A DNA stretch of 64,000 nt from Mobula hypostoma (taxonomy: Eukaryota): the NCBI RefSeq assembly GCF_963921235.1, contig NC_086097.1, positions 17,794,001 to 17,858,000 of the forward strand, read 5' to 3'. Below, piece by piece: positions 38,101 to 53,100 of the stretch. Both the position numbers and the translations under genes were made by a program. Under the pieces are notes generated by a model, which was given only the letters and a program-made list of their open reading frames with translations, was not told where the DNA came from and searched no databases. Every line of letters begins with the position of its first letter. Position 1 is the stretch's first letter.

Positions 38101-41100
38101 CGCGTTGTACCACACTCAGTTAAATGAAATATAATCTCAAAATCATGCTCATCAAAAAGACAACCACCTATACCAAAGAGTCCAGTACAGACTTAAAAGT
38201 ATTTTTTTTATCTTTGATCTCTGGTATTTTCATGTCTTCTTTTTCTCTCTCTGTGCTTTTTAAAGAACCAATTAATTGTAAACAGACATGAACAATGGAA
38301 TCATAGAAGATTTGTGATGCAAAAGGAGGACTCTATACCCATCAGGTCCATGCTCATTGAGCAAGAGCAGCAGAGTAAACAGGATTTTGGAAAATATTAC
38401 CAGTTAAGGTATAAGATGCAGGATGATTGAAAGAAAAACACCAAAATGCCAGAGGATTAGAGAAGGTGGAGAATCAAAAAGAATGAAGAGGAATGATAGC
38501 AAGAAAAATCTTAGTGCTCCAACATTGTTACGTTGTGCAAATTTTCTGCACTGTTCAAGTTTTCTAATCTCCCTATCAATGTTCTTTTACAGACATCAAT
38601 GAGTGTTTGAATAAGGACATCTGTGGTCCAAATGGGGAGTGCATAAACAATGAAGGGTCCTATTTCTGCCAGTGTGCCAGTGGTTTTTCCAGTAGTCCTG
38701 ATGGTACAAGTTGTCAAGGTAAGATATCATCAGGATAGACCTATGTTTCTGTATGTCACCCTGTTAGTAAGTTGAAAAACTTAGTAACATTTAGTAGGAT
38801 TTCCTTTTACTGCAGAAATCACATTTTCAATTATCTTCAAGATTTTTCATTTTTTCAGAAGATAATTGAGTGTGTGGTATGATGTTCCCAAAATACTTCT
38901 GTATGAAACTAAGCTATAGTTAATATGGAGCAATGAAAATGAGATTTCCTTTGATTGCAAGATGCTGGCTACACTTATTGTATGATAATAAAACCAAAGA
39001 GATCATACGGCATAGGCCCATTTCCCTCATCAAATCTGCTCCACCATTCCATCATGGCTGATTTATTATCCCGCACAACTCCATTCTCCTTCCTTCTCCC
39101 CGGTAATCTTTGACACCTTTACAGATCAAGAACCTATCAACTTCCACTTTAAATATCTGCAGTAACTTAGCCTCCACAGCCTTCAATGGCAATGAATTCC
39201 ACAGATTTACTACCCTAATGCTAATCAAATGAAAATTTAAAAAACAGTAAAATAACAGCAAAATTTATTTTTCTTTTTTAGGTCGTAAGTAGTAAATTTT
39301 AATTGATCTTAACTAAAGGTTCCTTGAAACCATCAATCATTGTTTTTTAGAATTAATTCTAATAAATTAGCACATGAAATCCAAAGCAATGATGCATGGT
39401 CAAGATTGCTGTAAACAAGAACCTAATAATAATGATGATCAAATACAGTATTAAACATTTAGTGCAGTTTTATGTGTATTTCTGACTAATGTCATTATGT
39501 ATGCAATATTAAAAATAAGATAACATTCTAAATCTAGTTATGAATGAATCTGGAAAATTACTTAGGACAAAGGGTTAGGATCATAATGTTGTGGATAAAC
39601 TCCAGTAGTTAACTAAGGACAAACCTTCAAATATTTTGAGTTAGTTTTTGTCGTATAGAAATAAATTGCAAAAAGTATATATCATAAGGTAAGTTGTGAA
39701 TGTGCCAATAGTATTGCAATGTTGTTATTACTATGGAGAGCATACTCTCCTAGAAAATCACTAACACTCACTATGAATGGAAAGCAAACATTTGCAGAAG
39801 GTTACAATGCTCCAGGTTTTACACAATTTAAATTCTTAAAGGCTGAATTCAACTTTAATAGGAGATAGACAATAGACTTCTCATTATATAACTGGTAATA
39901 TTTTCTCTTCCATTCTAATAAGTCAGTTAAATAGAAAGTTAAAAATGGGAGCTGTTCAGATATTGAATTTTACCTCACCTAATTCTGGGAAATTAGAAAG
40001 CAACATTTCAATAAATAGTGTAAATATTGAATAAACAATATTTTATTGACATGAGATCAAAGCAGAATACTAAATATCTGCCGCCATATCTGCCGGAGGA
40101 AGTGATGGATGCAGGTTCAATTTCAACATTTAAGAGAAGTTTGGATGAGTACATGAATGGGAGGAGTATGGAGAGCTATGGTCCAGGTGCAGGTCGATTG
40201 AACTAGGCAGATTAATAGTTCAGTATGGACTAGATGGGCTGAAGAGCCTGTTTCTCTGATGTAATGCTCTATGTCTTTATTAGAATAGATCCTATTCTGT
40301 AAATTCATTTCAAATCAAATTAAGAAGTCAATGCAAATGCTTCTTTTAAAATTAATGAAATGAATAATGGTACTGTAAAGTAGAAAGAGTTAATTAAAAT
40401 GTTACTGTCGATAATATTGCATTCTGAGAACTATGTTCAAAACAGTTTGTTTGAAGTTGAAGTATTTTTTTCAACAAGGCAAACATCAAACATAAACATG
40501 AGGCTCAGTGTGGTGAGCTTGATACAGAAAATAGGTATTGGGTTTTACTATTAGATTACATAAAAACGTAGGAACATATAAAGGAACAAGAGTGAACAAG
40601 AGTAAACAAGTGGTCCCTCAAGCCTACTCTGCCATCCATTATGATTGTGGTGGATCCAGTCATTTCCTGTCAAGCTGATTCCAAATATTCACTTTCTGAT
40701 TAGCCTCCTAAAAATGGTGCATGTTTCATCTGATTCTTCTAAACACCTCTGAGTTTATGCGCAGTTTACTAAATCTCTCTCTTACAGCCTGATTACAACA
40801 CTCTCCACCATCCTGGGAATCAATCTGGTGAACTTTCATTGCATTTCATTGAAATTATATTCTTCCCTGTGTAGGAGAGCCAGACGAATATTCCAAATGA
40901 AATCTTAGCCTGGATATATAGGTAATTTCCAATTATGGCAAAACTCCAGTAATTTGCTATCCAACAATTTGATAATCCCAGTGCTTTGGCATGTGGGTCA
41001 CTGGGTACTGACTCTCAACCCTTCTTGAACCAGAACCTTGGACTTGTGCTTTGTTTTAAAAAAACTCACAGGGTTTTATTCACTCTTTACATATTGGAGC

Positions 41101-44100
41101 CCTATTCTCAAACTCATTTTCACATCGGAGGTCCATGATCCCATGTTCCATTCCCCACATTTCACACACTTCCTTTGATCCTTGTACCACACTCCCTTTA
41201 AACTCGAGTGGATTTGTTGCCCACACTTCTTTGAAACTTTCCGCAGGCTTGTTTCCAATGTTCCTTTTAATCCTACCTAGTTCAATGAAAACTTTATTAT
41301 TGTACTTTGTAACATACATAAAAAATTGAGAGTGCATTGGTGTATGATATTCAATTGTCTGGACAATCTGTAGTTATGTCCCAGCGAAGTTGTAAGCATT
41401 TAGGGTGTACGGTATTTCTGTTTGTGTCGTCAATTCCTCAATTGAGATAAGTCACCTGCAGTTTTAGTTTTTCTTTATCATTTTCTCAACTCTGACTCTA
41501 AGTGCTGATGTAATTTTATTTTTTTGTGTACTTAGACATACTCTGGTTATCATAATCTATTCTGTATCATTGTTAGCCGGGGTGAGGTGCTGGTAATGGA
41601 TGTTGTACCTTTATTTTTGAATGTTGAAGTTTGTACCTTTATTAAAGAAAGTGGGCAAAAAAATGAGTGGGAACTACAAAAGTAAGTCTACCATCTGAGA
41701 AAGATAAGCTATAGTGTCTATGATTATGACTACCCTTTAGTATTTGCTGATCCTTTAACTGTAACTCACCTTAGTTTCACCTTACCAAATCTCTTCCCTC
41801 ACCTATTTAGTTTAAAGCAATTAATAGTAGGTTTGTAATGTGTAATGAACCATTTCAATTTAGTCAATTTTGAGGGTCTTTTCAGCTATTTTTGCTCCTG
41901 AACTCCCCTGTACTGTTACACCTACTACATTATGCTCCACAGATATTAATGAATGCTTGACTAAGGATATTTGTGGACCCAATGGAGAATGTATAAACAA
42001 TGAAGGAGGCTCTTATTACTGCCTTTGTGCTCAGGGCTATACCACTACTCCTGATGGAACAGGCTGTGAAGGTAAGACCTATGTCAATGTCCGCTACTAA
42101 AATGCCTACTAAATGTAATGTACATGATTCGTAAACTAACTGAATGTTGAACAAGTGTTTTTTGGCTGTTTTGGTAATCAAGAAGAGGGGAGGGTGGAGG
42201 AGCAGTGCTAGGTGATGTTTGGCATTTTAGAAGCTAAATATTCCATCTCCTGTATTGTCACCCTGTTGATAAGGATGTGGGTAATGCAGCAGTGAGAAGT
42301 AGTTTGACTTAGACAATCAAGATGAAATTAATTTTTGATTTGGGGAAATATCACAGTAATAGTCAGAAATGAAATTAATGAGGATTCATCCAGTGAAGCT
42401 TTGTAGATGGAGCTGAGAAATAAGAAGAGGATGGTCACCTTGCTGGGGTTCTACTATAGGCCCAAAAGAATCAACACGAATTAGAGGAACAAAAATGCAG
42501 GGAGATTGTGGAGAGCTGTAAGACTCAGTTTGTCACAGCTGGGGATTTAAACTATCTTAACATTGATTGGGACTGCCATAGTGTTAAGAATTTAACGGGG
42601 ATGGAATTTATCAGTATGTTCAGGAAATTTCCCTCAAGCAATATATAGAGAACCAAGCAACATATATCACATCACATAATTCAGTGATAATGCATTTGAT
42701 CCTGCCCTACCAGGGCAAAGACAAAGCTTGTTCTACTCTTTGGTAATAGGGAAAGTGGCAGACGTTAAAGTGGGAGAGCACTTTGGAACCAGTAGCCATA
42801 TTTCTATTATTTTTAAAACTAGTTATGGAGAGCGATGACTGGTTCACATATTCAAAGTTCTAAGTTGGGGCCAGGTCAATTTTGATGGTATTAAATACAA
42901 GCTGGCAAAGATTTATTGGAGCTGGTTGCTTGCAGGTAAAGAGATCTCTGTCAAGTGGAAGGCTTTTAAAAGTAAAATCAAGCTTGCAATGTTCCTGTTG
43001 AGAGTGAAGGGCAAGGCTAGCAGGGGTAAGGAACCCTCAATGACAAGAGATATTGAGATCTTGGTCTGGTAAAAAGAAGCATGGGAAGATGTGAAGCCCT
43101 GGATGTGTATAGGGGATACAGGAGTATTCTCTAGATGGAAATCAGCAGAGCGAGAAAGGAGACATGGGATATATTTAGAAGATTAAGGAGAATCTAACAG
43201 ATTCTTAATGAATTAAATGCATTAAACAAAAAAAGAGTAATTTGGGACCCCTTGGAGACGAAGTGGATATCTATGTATGGAGTCACAGGAGATGGGCAAG
43301 GATCTCAATGAATGTTTATCCTCTGGTTTTACCTTTAAATAAATGGGTAAATTGGTTTATTGTTGTCACATGTACTGAGTTACAGTGAAAAATGTCATTA
43401 CAACAGTGCATTGAGGTAGTACAAGGTATAACAGACTGCAGAATAAAATGGTACAGTACAGCAAAAGTGCAGTGCAGGTGTTTAGTAATGTGCACCGTCA
43501 CAATGGAGTAGATCATGAGTTCAAGAGTCCATTCAATATATTAAAGTTACAGGATAGACCATAAGATATAGCAGCAGAGCTAGGCTATTTGGCCGATCAA
43601 AAGAAGCTGGCGTTGAGCCTGTGTATGCTTTTAGGGGTTTTGTATGTTCTGCTGCAATGACAAGGAAGGAAAAGAGAATATCTGAGTGGGTAGGTTCTCC
43701 GATTATGCTGGCTGCTTTACTGGAGCCTTAAGAAATAGAGACAGAGTCCATGGAAGGGAGGCCACTTCCCATAGTATGTTGAGTTGTGTCTGTGATTCTC
43801 TGCAGTTTTTGTAGTCCTGTGCTGAGCAGTTGCCATACCAAGCTGTGATGCATCCAGATAAGATGTTCCGTATGGTGCATTGATAAAAATCGGTGAGACA
43901 TGACATGATGACTTTGGAACTAGTTATAGTTAATGAGGATATCTTGCAGATAGTCTGCATACAGTATTGGATGTGCTGGACATCTAAAAATGTATGAAGA
44001 TAGGCAATCTCTGAAGCCTCAGGTATCTTAATGCACGCTGTGCAGAGGTAGAGAAGAATCTGGAAGTGCCCTAGTTGAGATATTTGCATCATTGTTAATC

Positions 44101-47100
44101 ATGGGTGAGGTGCTGGAAGACTGGAAGGTGGCAAATGTTGTGCTTTTATTTATGAAGGACTGTAAAGGGAAAGGATGGAAACAGAGAATGACAGTGGGAG
44201 GTTGTTTCTCAAACTGGGGGGCCATGACTAATGGTGTGCTTCAGAGGTTCTATTGTTGTTTGACGTCTATGTCAACAGCAACACACACACAATGCTGGAG
44301 GAAATCAACAGGCCAGGCAGCATCTATAGAAAAGAGTAAACAGTTGACGTTTTGGGTTGAGCCCCTTCAGCTGGACTGGAAAGGAAGGGGAGAAGTCAGA
44401 GTAGGAAGGTGGGGGTGGGAAGGAAGAAGCACAAGAGGGCAGGTGATAGGTGAAAGCAAGAAAAGGGAAGGGGATGAAGTAAAGAACTGGGAAGTTGATT
44501 GGTGAACAAGATAAAGGGCTGGAGAAATTGAGTCTGATAGAGGACAGAAGACCATGGAAGGAAAGGAAAGGGGGAGGAGCACCAGCAGAAGATAATGGAC
44601 AAGTTAGAAGATAAAGTGAGAAAGGGAAATGGGAATGGGGAATGGTGAAGGGGGAGGTGTGGCATTTACCAGAAGTTCGAGAAATTGGTGTTCATGCCAT
44701 CAGGTTGGAGGCTACCCAGACGGAATATTAAGTGTTGCTCCTCCATCCTGATTGTAGTCTCATCCTGGCAGTAGAAAAGGTCATGTCAGAATGGGGATGG
44801 GAAGTAAAATTGGAATGGGTGGCCACCGGGAGATCCCGCTTTTTGTTTCAGATAGAGTAAAGGTGCTTGGCGAAACTGTCCCCCAATCTATGGCGGGTCT
44901 CACTGATATACAGGAGGCCACACCGGGAGCACTGGATACAGTAGATGACTCCCGCAGACTTGCAGGTGAAGTGTTGCCTCACCTGGAAGGACTGTTTGAG
45001 GTACTGAATGGTAGTGATGGAGGAGGTGGAGGGGCAGGTGTAGCACTTGTTCTGCTTGCAAGGATAAGTGCTAGCAGGGAGATCAGTGTGGGGGGACAAA
45101 CGGGTAAGTGAGTTGCGTAGGGAGCGATTCCTACAGAAAGTGTGGGGGGGGGGAATGGGAAAGGTATGCTTGGTGATGGGATCCTGTTGGAGATGGCGGA
45201 AGTTATGGAGAATTATGTGCTGAATGTGGATGGTAGTGAGGTGGTTGGTGACCCACTACAAACTGTTTGGGTTTCTTTATTTAATGAAGATGAATTTACA
45301 CTAGAGACAGTACAGAGAGGTTACTGTAACCTTGGGAGTGTAAATTTTTCTTCATACCAGAATCTAGAACAGGGGACATTGTTTCAATGTAAGGGATCAA
45401 CCTTATGGCAAAGAGCGAATCCTACTTCTTGGATTGTGAATCTTTAGAATTATTTACCCCAGAAACCTATAAAGGTTGAGTTGTTGAGTGTAGGAAGGCT
45501 GACGCAAAGTATTTTTTAAACTATAATATGCTCAACAATTACAAAGAATAAGTAGAAAAATGGAGTTGAGGTCTGGGTTAGATCATCCATGAGCATTGAT
45601 TTCCCATGCCAGCTTGCATTTCTCATGTATTAAGTAAAAAAAAAAATATCTTTGAAAATGAAAAATCAGTCTTTATCATATAAAACAGACTTGTTTGATT
45701 CCTTAAAATCGATTTACCTCCAGCAGCTGCTGTTCTAATACAGACCACCCTGTCTTCTAATAGAAAAAGAATATTTTCTTAACAAGTTCAGCCAGAAGTC
45801 TGAAACAAGATTGTATATATTTGGAAAGGATCTAAATAGATTGGCTTAATTGCACTTTCAGTAACATTGATTTAATATGTGTTTTGTTTCATTATTTTCA
45901 TATTTCTTCATTACTACCTTACATTTTTAATATTTTTCTTATGAATTTAGGTAACGCACCATTTTCTTCTGGTCTTTTTCCTTCTCATCTTTCCAAATGT
46001 TAAGTTTGATTAAATCTTTGACCCAATCGACTGCATTACTGTTAGCACACAATTTCAGTTGACCCCTTGAACTGAAGTATACTAGCTTCTGAATGCAATC
46101 CATTTAGGAAAAGGAGAAAGGATGAAGAGTAGGTGAAATAATACTATTTATTAGCAGCTACAATGAAAGCAAAAATAGAATCCATATTGATCCAGATAAA
46201 ATCTAAAAAGGATCATTGGCACTAATTGCTGCATCCTGCAGATGATCTAATAAAGAAAATTGTGTGGCAAGTGAAATATGGAGACAAATTCAAGAAAGTC
46301 AACTGCATCATTTTTAAATGGACAACAGGAATAAGGAAGTAAAATTCCTATAAGGTGTATAGGAATCCAGTCTAACCCAATTTGTAGAGAATTCATTAGT
46401 GGGGAATTCGCTATTCAATCTAATAGTAAAGAATGAACTGGATCCATCGAGAAGTGAAAGTAGGCAAGTACCCCGGTACTAGTGTGAATATCACAATAGA
46501 CTCAGTGATAATCATGGAAAAGAACAAAAATGTGGTCAACAGATTTGGAAGAAGTTGAATTTGACATGGTTTAAATAGAATAGATTAGCAAGGTCACAAA
46601 AGTTGAACAATCCATACCAGGCATGCATAAAAAGAGTTACTTTTTAATCCGGATAGCAATCACGATTTCAAAGGCAGAGTTTCGCAGAGGTTTCTCTTGA
46701 GTTGAGGAGCGACCAGTCAGCAAGAGGTATTGTGTAAAAAGAGCTATCTTTCAGTCAGGTCCACATTCAAGATTTAAAAAGCAGAGCTTCGAGCCAGGTT
46801 TCTCTGAGTTGGACAGTCCACACCCGGGGAGCGTGAAAAGAGCTTCTTTTTAATCAGGGCAGCGAGTGAAATTTTAAAAGCAGAGTTTTGCGGCAGTTTC
46901 TCTGAGTTGCTGAGCAACCAATCAACAAGAGGGATTCATTAGCAAGGGGAAAAACAAGTAACGCAGGTGCAAGCAGACCGGCCATTCTTGTGAGTGTGCC
47001 GGTCTTTAGGGTGGCTTAGGCAAGATCAGGTTTGGGTGAAATAAATTATCTTGTAATTTACTCTCTCTGTATTCATATTTGTTTATTCCTCACCTGCTTG

Positions 47101-50100
47101 TGCATAATATAGTGGGAATGGCTCCAGGGGCAGTGTTTTGTACCATGTGTGGGACGTGGGAAGTCTGGGAGACTGAAGGTAAACACATCTGCACCAGGTG
47201 TACCAAGCTACTGGTCCTAAGAGAACGTGTTAAGGAACTGGAGATGCAGCTCGATGACCTTTGACTCATACGGGAGAATGAGGAGGTGATAGATAGCAGC
47301 TACAGGAAGGTACTCACCCCAGAGTTGCAGGAGACAGGTAACTGGGTGATATTCAAGAGAAGTAGGGGAAAGACACAGCCAGTGCAGTGTACACCTAAGG
47401 CTGTTCCCCTCAATAATAAGTATATAATTTTAGATACTATTGCTTGGGGGGAGCCATAGTGACTGGGTTGCTGGTACTGAGTAAGTTACTATGGTTCAGA
47501 AGAGTATAGAGGTGAAGAGGACTACAGTGTTGATATGAGATTCTTCAGTCAGAGGAATAGAGACGAGTTTCTGTGAGTGTGATAGAGACACCCAGATGGT
47601 ATGTTGCCTCCCTAGCGTCAGGATCAGAGATGTCTCGGATTGTGTCCATGGCATTTTCAAGTGTAAGTGTGAGCAGCCAGAAAGAAGTCTTGGTACGTAA
47701 TGGCACCAGTGACATAGGTTGACAAGGTGAGGAGGTCCTGAAGAGAGATTTTAGGGAGCTAGGTAGATAGCTGAGAAACAGGATCTCTAGGGTAGTAATC
47801 TCTGGATTGCTGCCTGTGTCATGTACCAATGAGGTTAAGAATGGGATGATTTGGCAGGTGAATGTATGGCTGAGGAACTGGGGCAGGGGAAGGGGTTTAG
47901 ATGTATGGATCATTGGGATCTCTTCTAGGGAAGGTATGACCTATACAAATGGGACAGGATACACCTGAACCAGAGGGGGTCCAATATCCTTGGAGGCAGG
48001 TTGACCAGAGTTGTCCGAGTGGGTTTAAACTAATTTGGCAGAGGGATGGGAACCAGAGCGGGCGTGCTGAAGATGAGGTAGGTGGGTTACAAACAGAGGC
48101 AATGTGTAGTGAAACTGCTAACAAGGAGAAGCTGTTGATAGGGCAAAGTTGCAGTTAATGAGATGAGTTGCAATGTAAAAGGTGGACAAAACTGAAAAGG
48201 GTGAATACAGGAATAAAGGTGGTACATTTGAATGTGCACAGTATACGAAATAAGGTGAACTTGCAGCACAGTTGCAGATTGGCATATACGATGTTGTAGG
48301 CATCACTGAATCATGGCTAAAAGAAGAGTATAGCTAGAAGCATAATGTCCAAGGTTACACATTGTTTTGAAAGGATAGGCAGGAAGGCAAAGGGGTTGGC
48401 ATGGCTCTGTTGGTAAAAAATTAAATTAAGTCATTGGAAGAGATGACATAGGGTCGGAAGGTGTTGTGGATACAGCTAAGGAACTGCAAGGGTAAAAAGA
48501 CCTTGAAGGGAGGTATATACAGTCCCCCAAACAGTAGGAAGTACATTGTCTGCAAGTTAAAATGGGACATAAAAAAATGCATGCCAAAAGAGCAATGTTA
48601 CAATAGTCATGGGGGATTTCAATATGAAGGTAGATTGGGAAAATCAAGTTGGTGTGGGACTCCAAGAGGGTGGATCTCCAGAATGCTTATGAGATGGCTT
48701 TTTAGAGCAGCTTGGGGTTGAGTCCACCAGGGGATGAGCTATTCTAGATTGGGTGTTGTGCAATGAACCTGAATTGATTTGAGAACTTAAGGTAAAAAAA
48801 AAGCTCTTAGGGGCAAGTGATCATAATATAATGGTCTTCACCCTGAAATTTGAGGAGAAGCTAAAGACAGATGTATCACTATTACAGTGGAGTAAAGGGA
48901 ATTAAAGAGGCTTGAGAGAGGATTTGGCCAGAATTTATTAGAAAAGAACACTGACAAGGATGATGGCACAGCAGCAATGGCTGGAAAATCTGGAAGCAAT
49001 TCAGAAGACATAGGATATATACATCCCAAAAAGGAAGTATTCTAAAGGTAAGATGACACAACCATGGCTAACAAGGGAAGTCAATGCCAACATAAAAGCC
49101 AAAGAGAGGGCAAATAATAGAGCAAAATAAGTGGGAAGTTAGAAGATTAGAAAGATTTTAAATACCAACAGAAGACAACTAGAAAAATCATTAAGAAGGT
49201 AAAGATAGAATATCCAAGTAAGTTAGCCAATAATATTAAAGAGGATACCAAAGTTTCTCCAGATACATAAAGTGTAAAAAAAGAGAAAAGAATGGATATT
49301 GGATTGCTGGAATACAATGCTGGAGAGGTAGTAATGGGGGACAAGGAAATGGCACACGAACTGAATAAGTATTTTTCATCATTCTTCACTGTGGAAGACA
49401 GTAGCACTATGCTGGAAGTTCCAAGTGTCAGGGGTCCTGAAGTGTATGACATTACCATTACTAGGGTGAAGATTTTTGGAAAGCAGAAAGGTGTGAAGGT
49501 AAATAAGTCACCTGGACCGGATGGTGTACACACCAGGGTTCTGAAAAAGCTGGCTGAAGAGATTGTGAAGGCATTAGTGGTGATCTTTCAAGAATCACTA
49601 CATTCTGGAATGGTTCTGGAAGACTGGAAAATTGCAATTGTTACTCCACTCTTCAGGAAGGGAGAAAGGAAGAAAAAAAGAAACTATAGGCCAGTTAGTC
49701 CAACCTCAGTGGTTGGGAAGATTTTAAGGATGAGTTCTCATGGTAATTAGAGGCACATGATAAAAATAGGCCGTAGTTAGCATGGTTTCCTCAAGGAAAT
49801 ATTTAGCTTGACAATTCTGTTGGAATTCTATGAAGAAATAACAAGCTGTATTGACAAAGCAGCATCGCTTGACATTGAGTACTTGGCTTTTCAGAAAGCC
49901 TTTGACAGAGTGCCATACATGAGGCTGCTTAACAAGCTATGATCCCATGTTATTACAGGAAAGCATGGATAAAGCAGTGGCCGATTGACAGAAGAGGGAA
50001 TAAAGGGAGTTTTTCTGGTTGGCTGCTGGTGGCTAGTTGTGAACTACAGGAGTCTTTGTTGGGACCGAATTTTTTTACGTTATATGTCAATGATTTTGAT

Positions 50101-53100
50101 GATGGAATTGATGGCTTTGTTGCAAAGTTTACAGACAATATGAAGATAGGTGGAGGGTCAAGCAGTTTTGAGGAAGTAGAGAGGCTATAGATGGACTTAG
50201 ATTAGGAGAATGGGCAAAGAAGTAACAGATGGACTACAGTGTTGGGAAGCGTATGGTCATGCACTTTGGTAGAATAAATGAAAAGGTTGATTATTTTCTA
50301 AATGGAGAGAAAATACAAAAATCTGAGGCGCAACTGGATTTTGAAGTCCTTGTGCAGGATTCCTTAAAGATTAATTTGTAGGTTGAGTCTGCAGTGAGGA
50401 AGGCAAACGTGATGTTAGCATTTATTTCAATTTATTGCACTAGAATATAAAAGGAGGGATGGAATGTTGAGACTTTATAAAGCACTGTTGAGGCCTCACT
50501 GGGAGTATTGTAAGCAGTTTTGAGCCCCTTATCTTATAAAGGATGTGCTGAAATTGGAGAGCGTTCAATGAAGATTCACAAAAATGTTTCCAGGATTAAA
50601 CGGTTTGTCATATGAAGAACGTTTAATGGCTCTGAGCCTGTGTTTGCTGGAATTCAGAAGAAAGAATGGTGACCTCATTGAAACCTACCATATGGTGAAA
50701 GGCTTTGATAGAGTGGATGTGGAGAGGATGGGAGATTGGGAGAGTCTAAGACCAGAGGACACAGCCTCACAATAGAGGGGTGTCCTCTTAGAATGGAGAT
50801 GAGGACATCTCATTAGCTAGCAAGTGGTGAATCTGTGCAATTCATTGCCACTGGCAGCTGTGGAGTCCAAGTCTTTACGTATATTTAAGGCAGAGTTTGA
50901 TAGATTCTTGATTGGTCAGTGAATGAAAGGATATGGTTATATGGCAGGAGATTGGGGATGAGAGGAAAAATGGCTCAACCATGATGAAATGGCAGGGCAG
51001 ACTCGATGAGCCAAATGACTTAATTCTGCTCCTATAGCTTATGGTCTTATGATCTAAACCAAGCGTTTGGTTTTGTTGCTAGAGGGTTCAAAATAAAGGT
51101 GGGTAAGTTGTGTTAAATCTTATGGAATTTTGGTTAGAGCTCTCTTGGAATACTCTGCACAGTCCTAGTTGCCATATTATAAAAAGAAAACGGCCAATAG
51201 AGTGAGTGCAAAGCCACAAATTTGAAAGAATACATATCAGGAAAAAATGAATAGCCTGATATCTTTCTTAAGCAACAGGTGGTTAAACCAGTACCTAACA
51301 GAGGCTTTTAACATGCTGATAGGTTTCAATAGAGTGATACACAAAGAAAGCTTCCATTTATGAGGGAGCAATACTAGAGGGCATCTATATAAACCAGATG
51401 CCAAGGAATTCAGAAGAATCTTGAGAACATGAAACTTGCTAATATAGCGAACAATGGTACTGAATAGAAGTGATGCATTTGAAGGGAAGGAGTAGGGAAT
51501 AGAGATTGTGTGCTGATAGATTTAGGTAAGAATAGACAGCAGATAGTTCAAATTGAACATAGAAGCTGTTGTGGATTGGTTAAGCTTCATGTAGTATATT
51601 CTCTGCATTCAACACTATCATACCCTCAAAACTAACCACTAATCTCCAAGACCTAAGCCTTGATATCTTCTTTTGCCATTGGGTACTTGATTTCCTCACT
51701 TGAAGACCCCAGTCTGTTTGGATTGGCAACAACATCTCCTCCAAAGTCACCATCAACATAGGTGCATCACAAGGCTGTGAGTTTAGTCCTGCTCTGCTTG
51801 CTTTATACTTAGGACTGTGAGGCTAAGTATAACTCCAACACTGCATTTAAATTTGCTGATGACACCACTGTTGTTGGCCAAATCAAAGATGGTGATGAAT
51901 TGACATATAGGTGGGAGATTTGAAAATCTAATTGAGTGGTACCATAACAACAACATCTCATTCTACTTCAGCAAAAACAAAGTGCTGATTATTGATTACA
52001 GGAGGAAGAAATTGAAGGTCTATGAGCCAGAGTTCATTATGGGATCAGAGGTAGAGAGGGTCAGTAACTTTTAATTTCTGGGCATTATCATGTCAGAGGA
52101 TCTGTCCTAGGACCAGTACATAAATGCCATTACAAGGAAGGCATGGCAGCATCTCTACTTTCTTATAGGTTTGCCTAGATTTGGCATGTCATCTAAAATT
52201 TCGACTAACTTCTATAGATGAACAACGGAGAGTACCCTGATTGGTTGCATCATGGCCAATGCCCAAGAATAGGAAAGTCTTCAGGGACATAACTAATATC
52301 CTCCTTCTTTAAAGAATAGAGTTGCCCTTTCTCCACACCTGCATCGTCTCCATTTCCCGGTTATCGGTGTTAAGTCCATCTTACTGCTGCCTTAACAGGA
52401 TAGAGTTCCTCTTGTTCTCATTAACCACCCAATGAGCCTCCGCATCTGACATACCATTCTCTGCAACGTCTGCCATCTACAATGGGATTCTACCACCAAG
52501 TGCATCTTTACTCCCCCCTCCCCCCCCCACCGACTCTCTGCTTTCTACTGGTATACTGGTATCGCTTCCTCCATGATTCCCTTGTCCATTCGTCCCTCCC
52601 CACTAATATTCATCATGGCACTTATCCTTGCAAGTGGCCAAAATGCTGCACATAACCATTCATCTCTTCCTTCACCTCCATTCAGAGTCCCAAACAGTCC
52701 TTCCAGGTGGGACAACACTTCACCTGCGAAACTTTTGGGGTTATCTGTTGTATCCAGTGCTCTCGATGCAGCCTCTATATTGGTGAGACTTGATGTAGAT
52801 TGGGGAAACACTTTGTCAGCACCTCAGTTCCATCCACAAAAAGCAGAATTTCCAGATAGCCAACTATTTTAATTCCTGTCCCCATTCGTATTCCAACATG
52901 TCGGTCCGTAGCCTCTTCTTCTGTGCACTCTCAGGTTGGAATGGCCCTTTGCCTTTTCCACCTATCACTTCCCAGCTTCTTACTTCATTACCCCCTCCCC
53001 TCCTAACTGCCTTCACCTCTCACCACCTAGCTTGTTCTCCTTCCCCTCCTGACCTTCTTATTTTGGCATCTTCCCCCTTACTTTCCAGTCCTGCTGAAAG

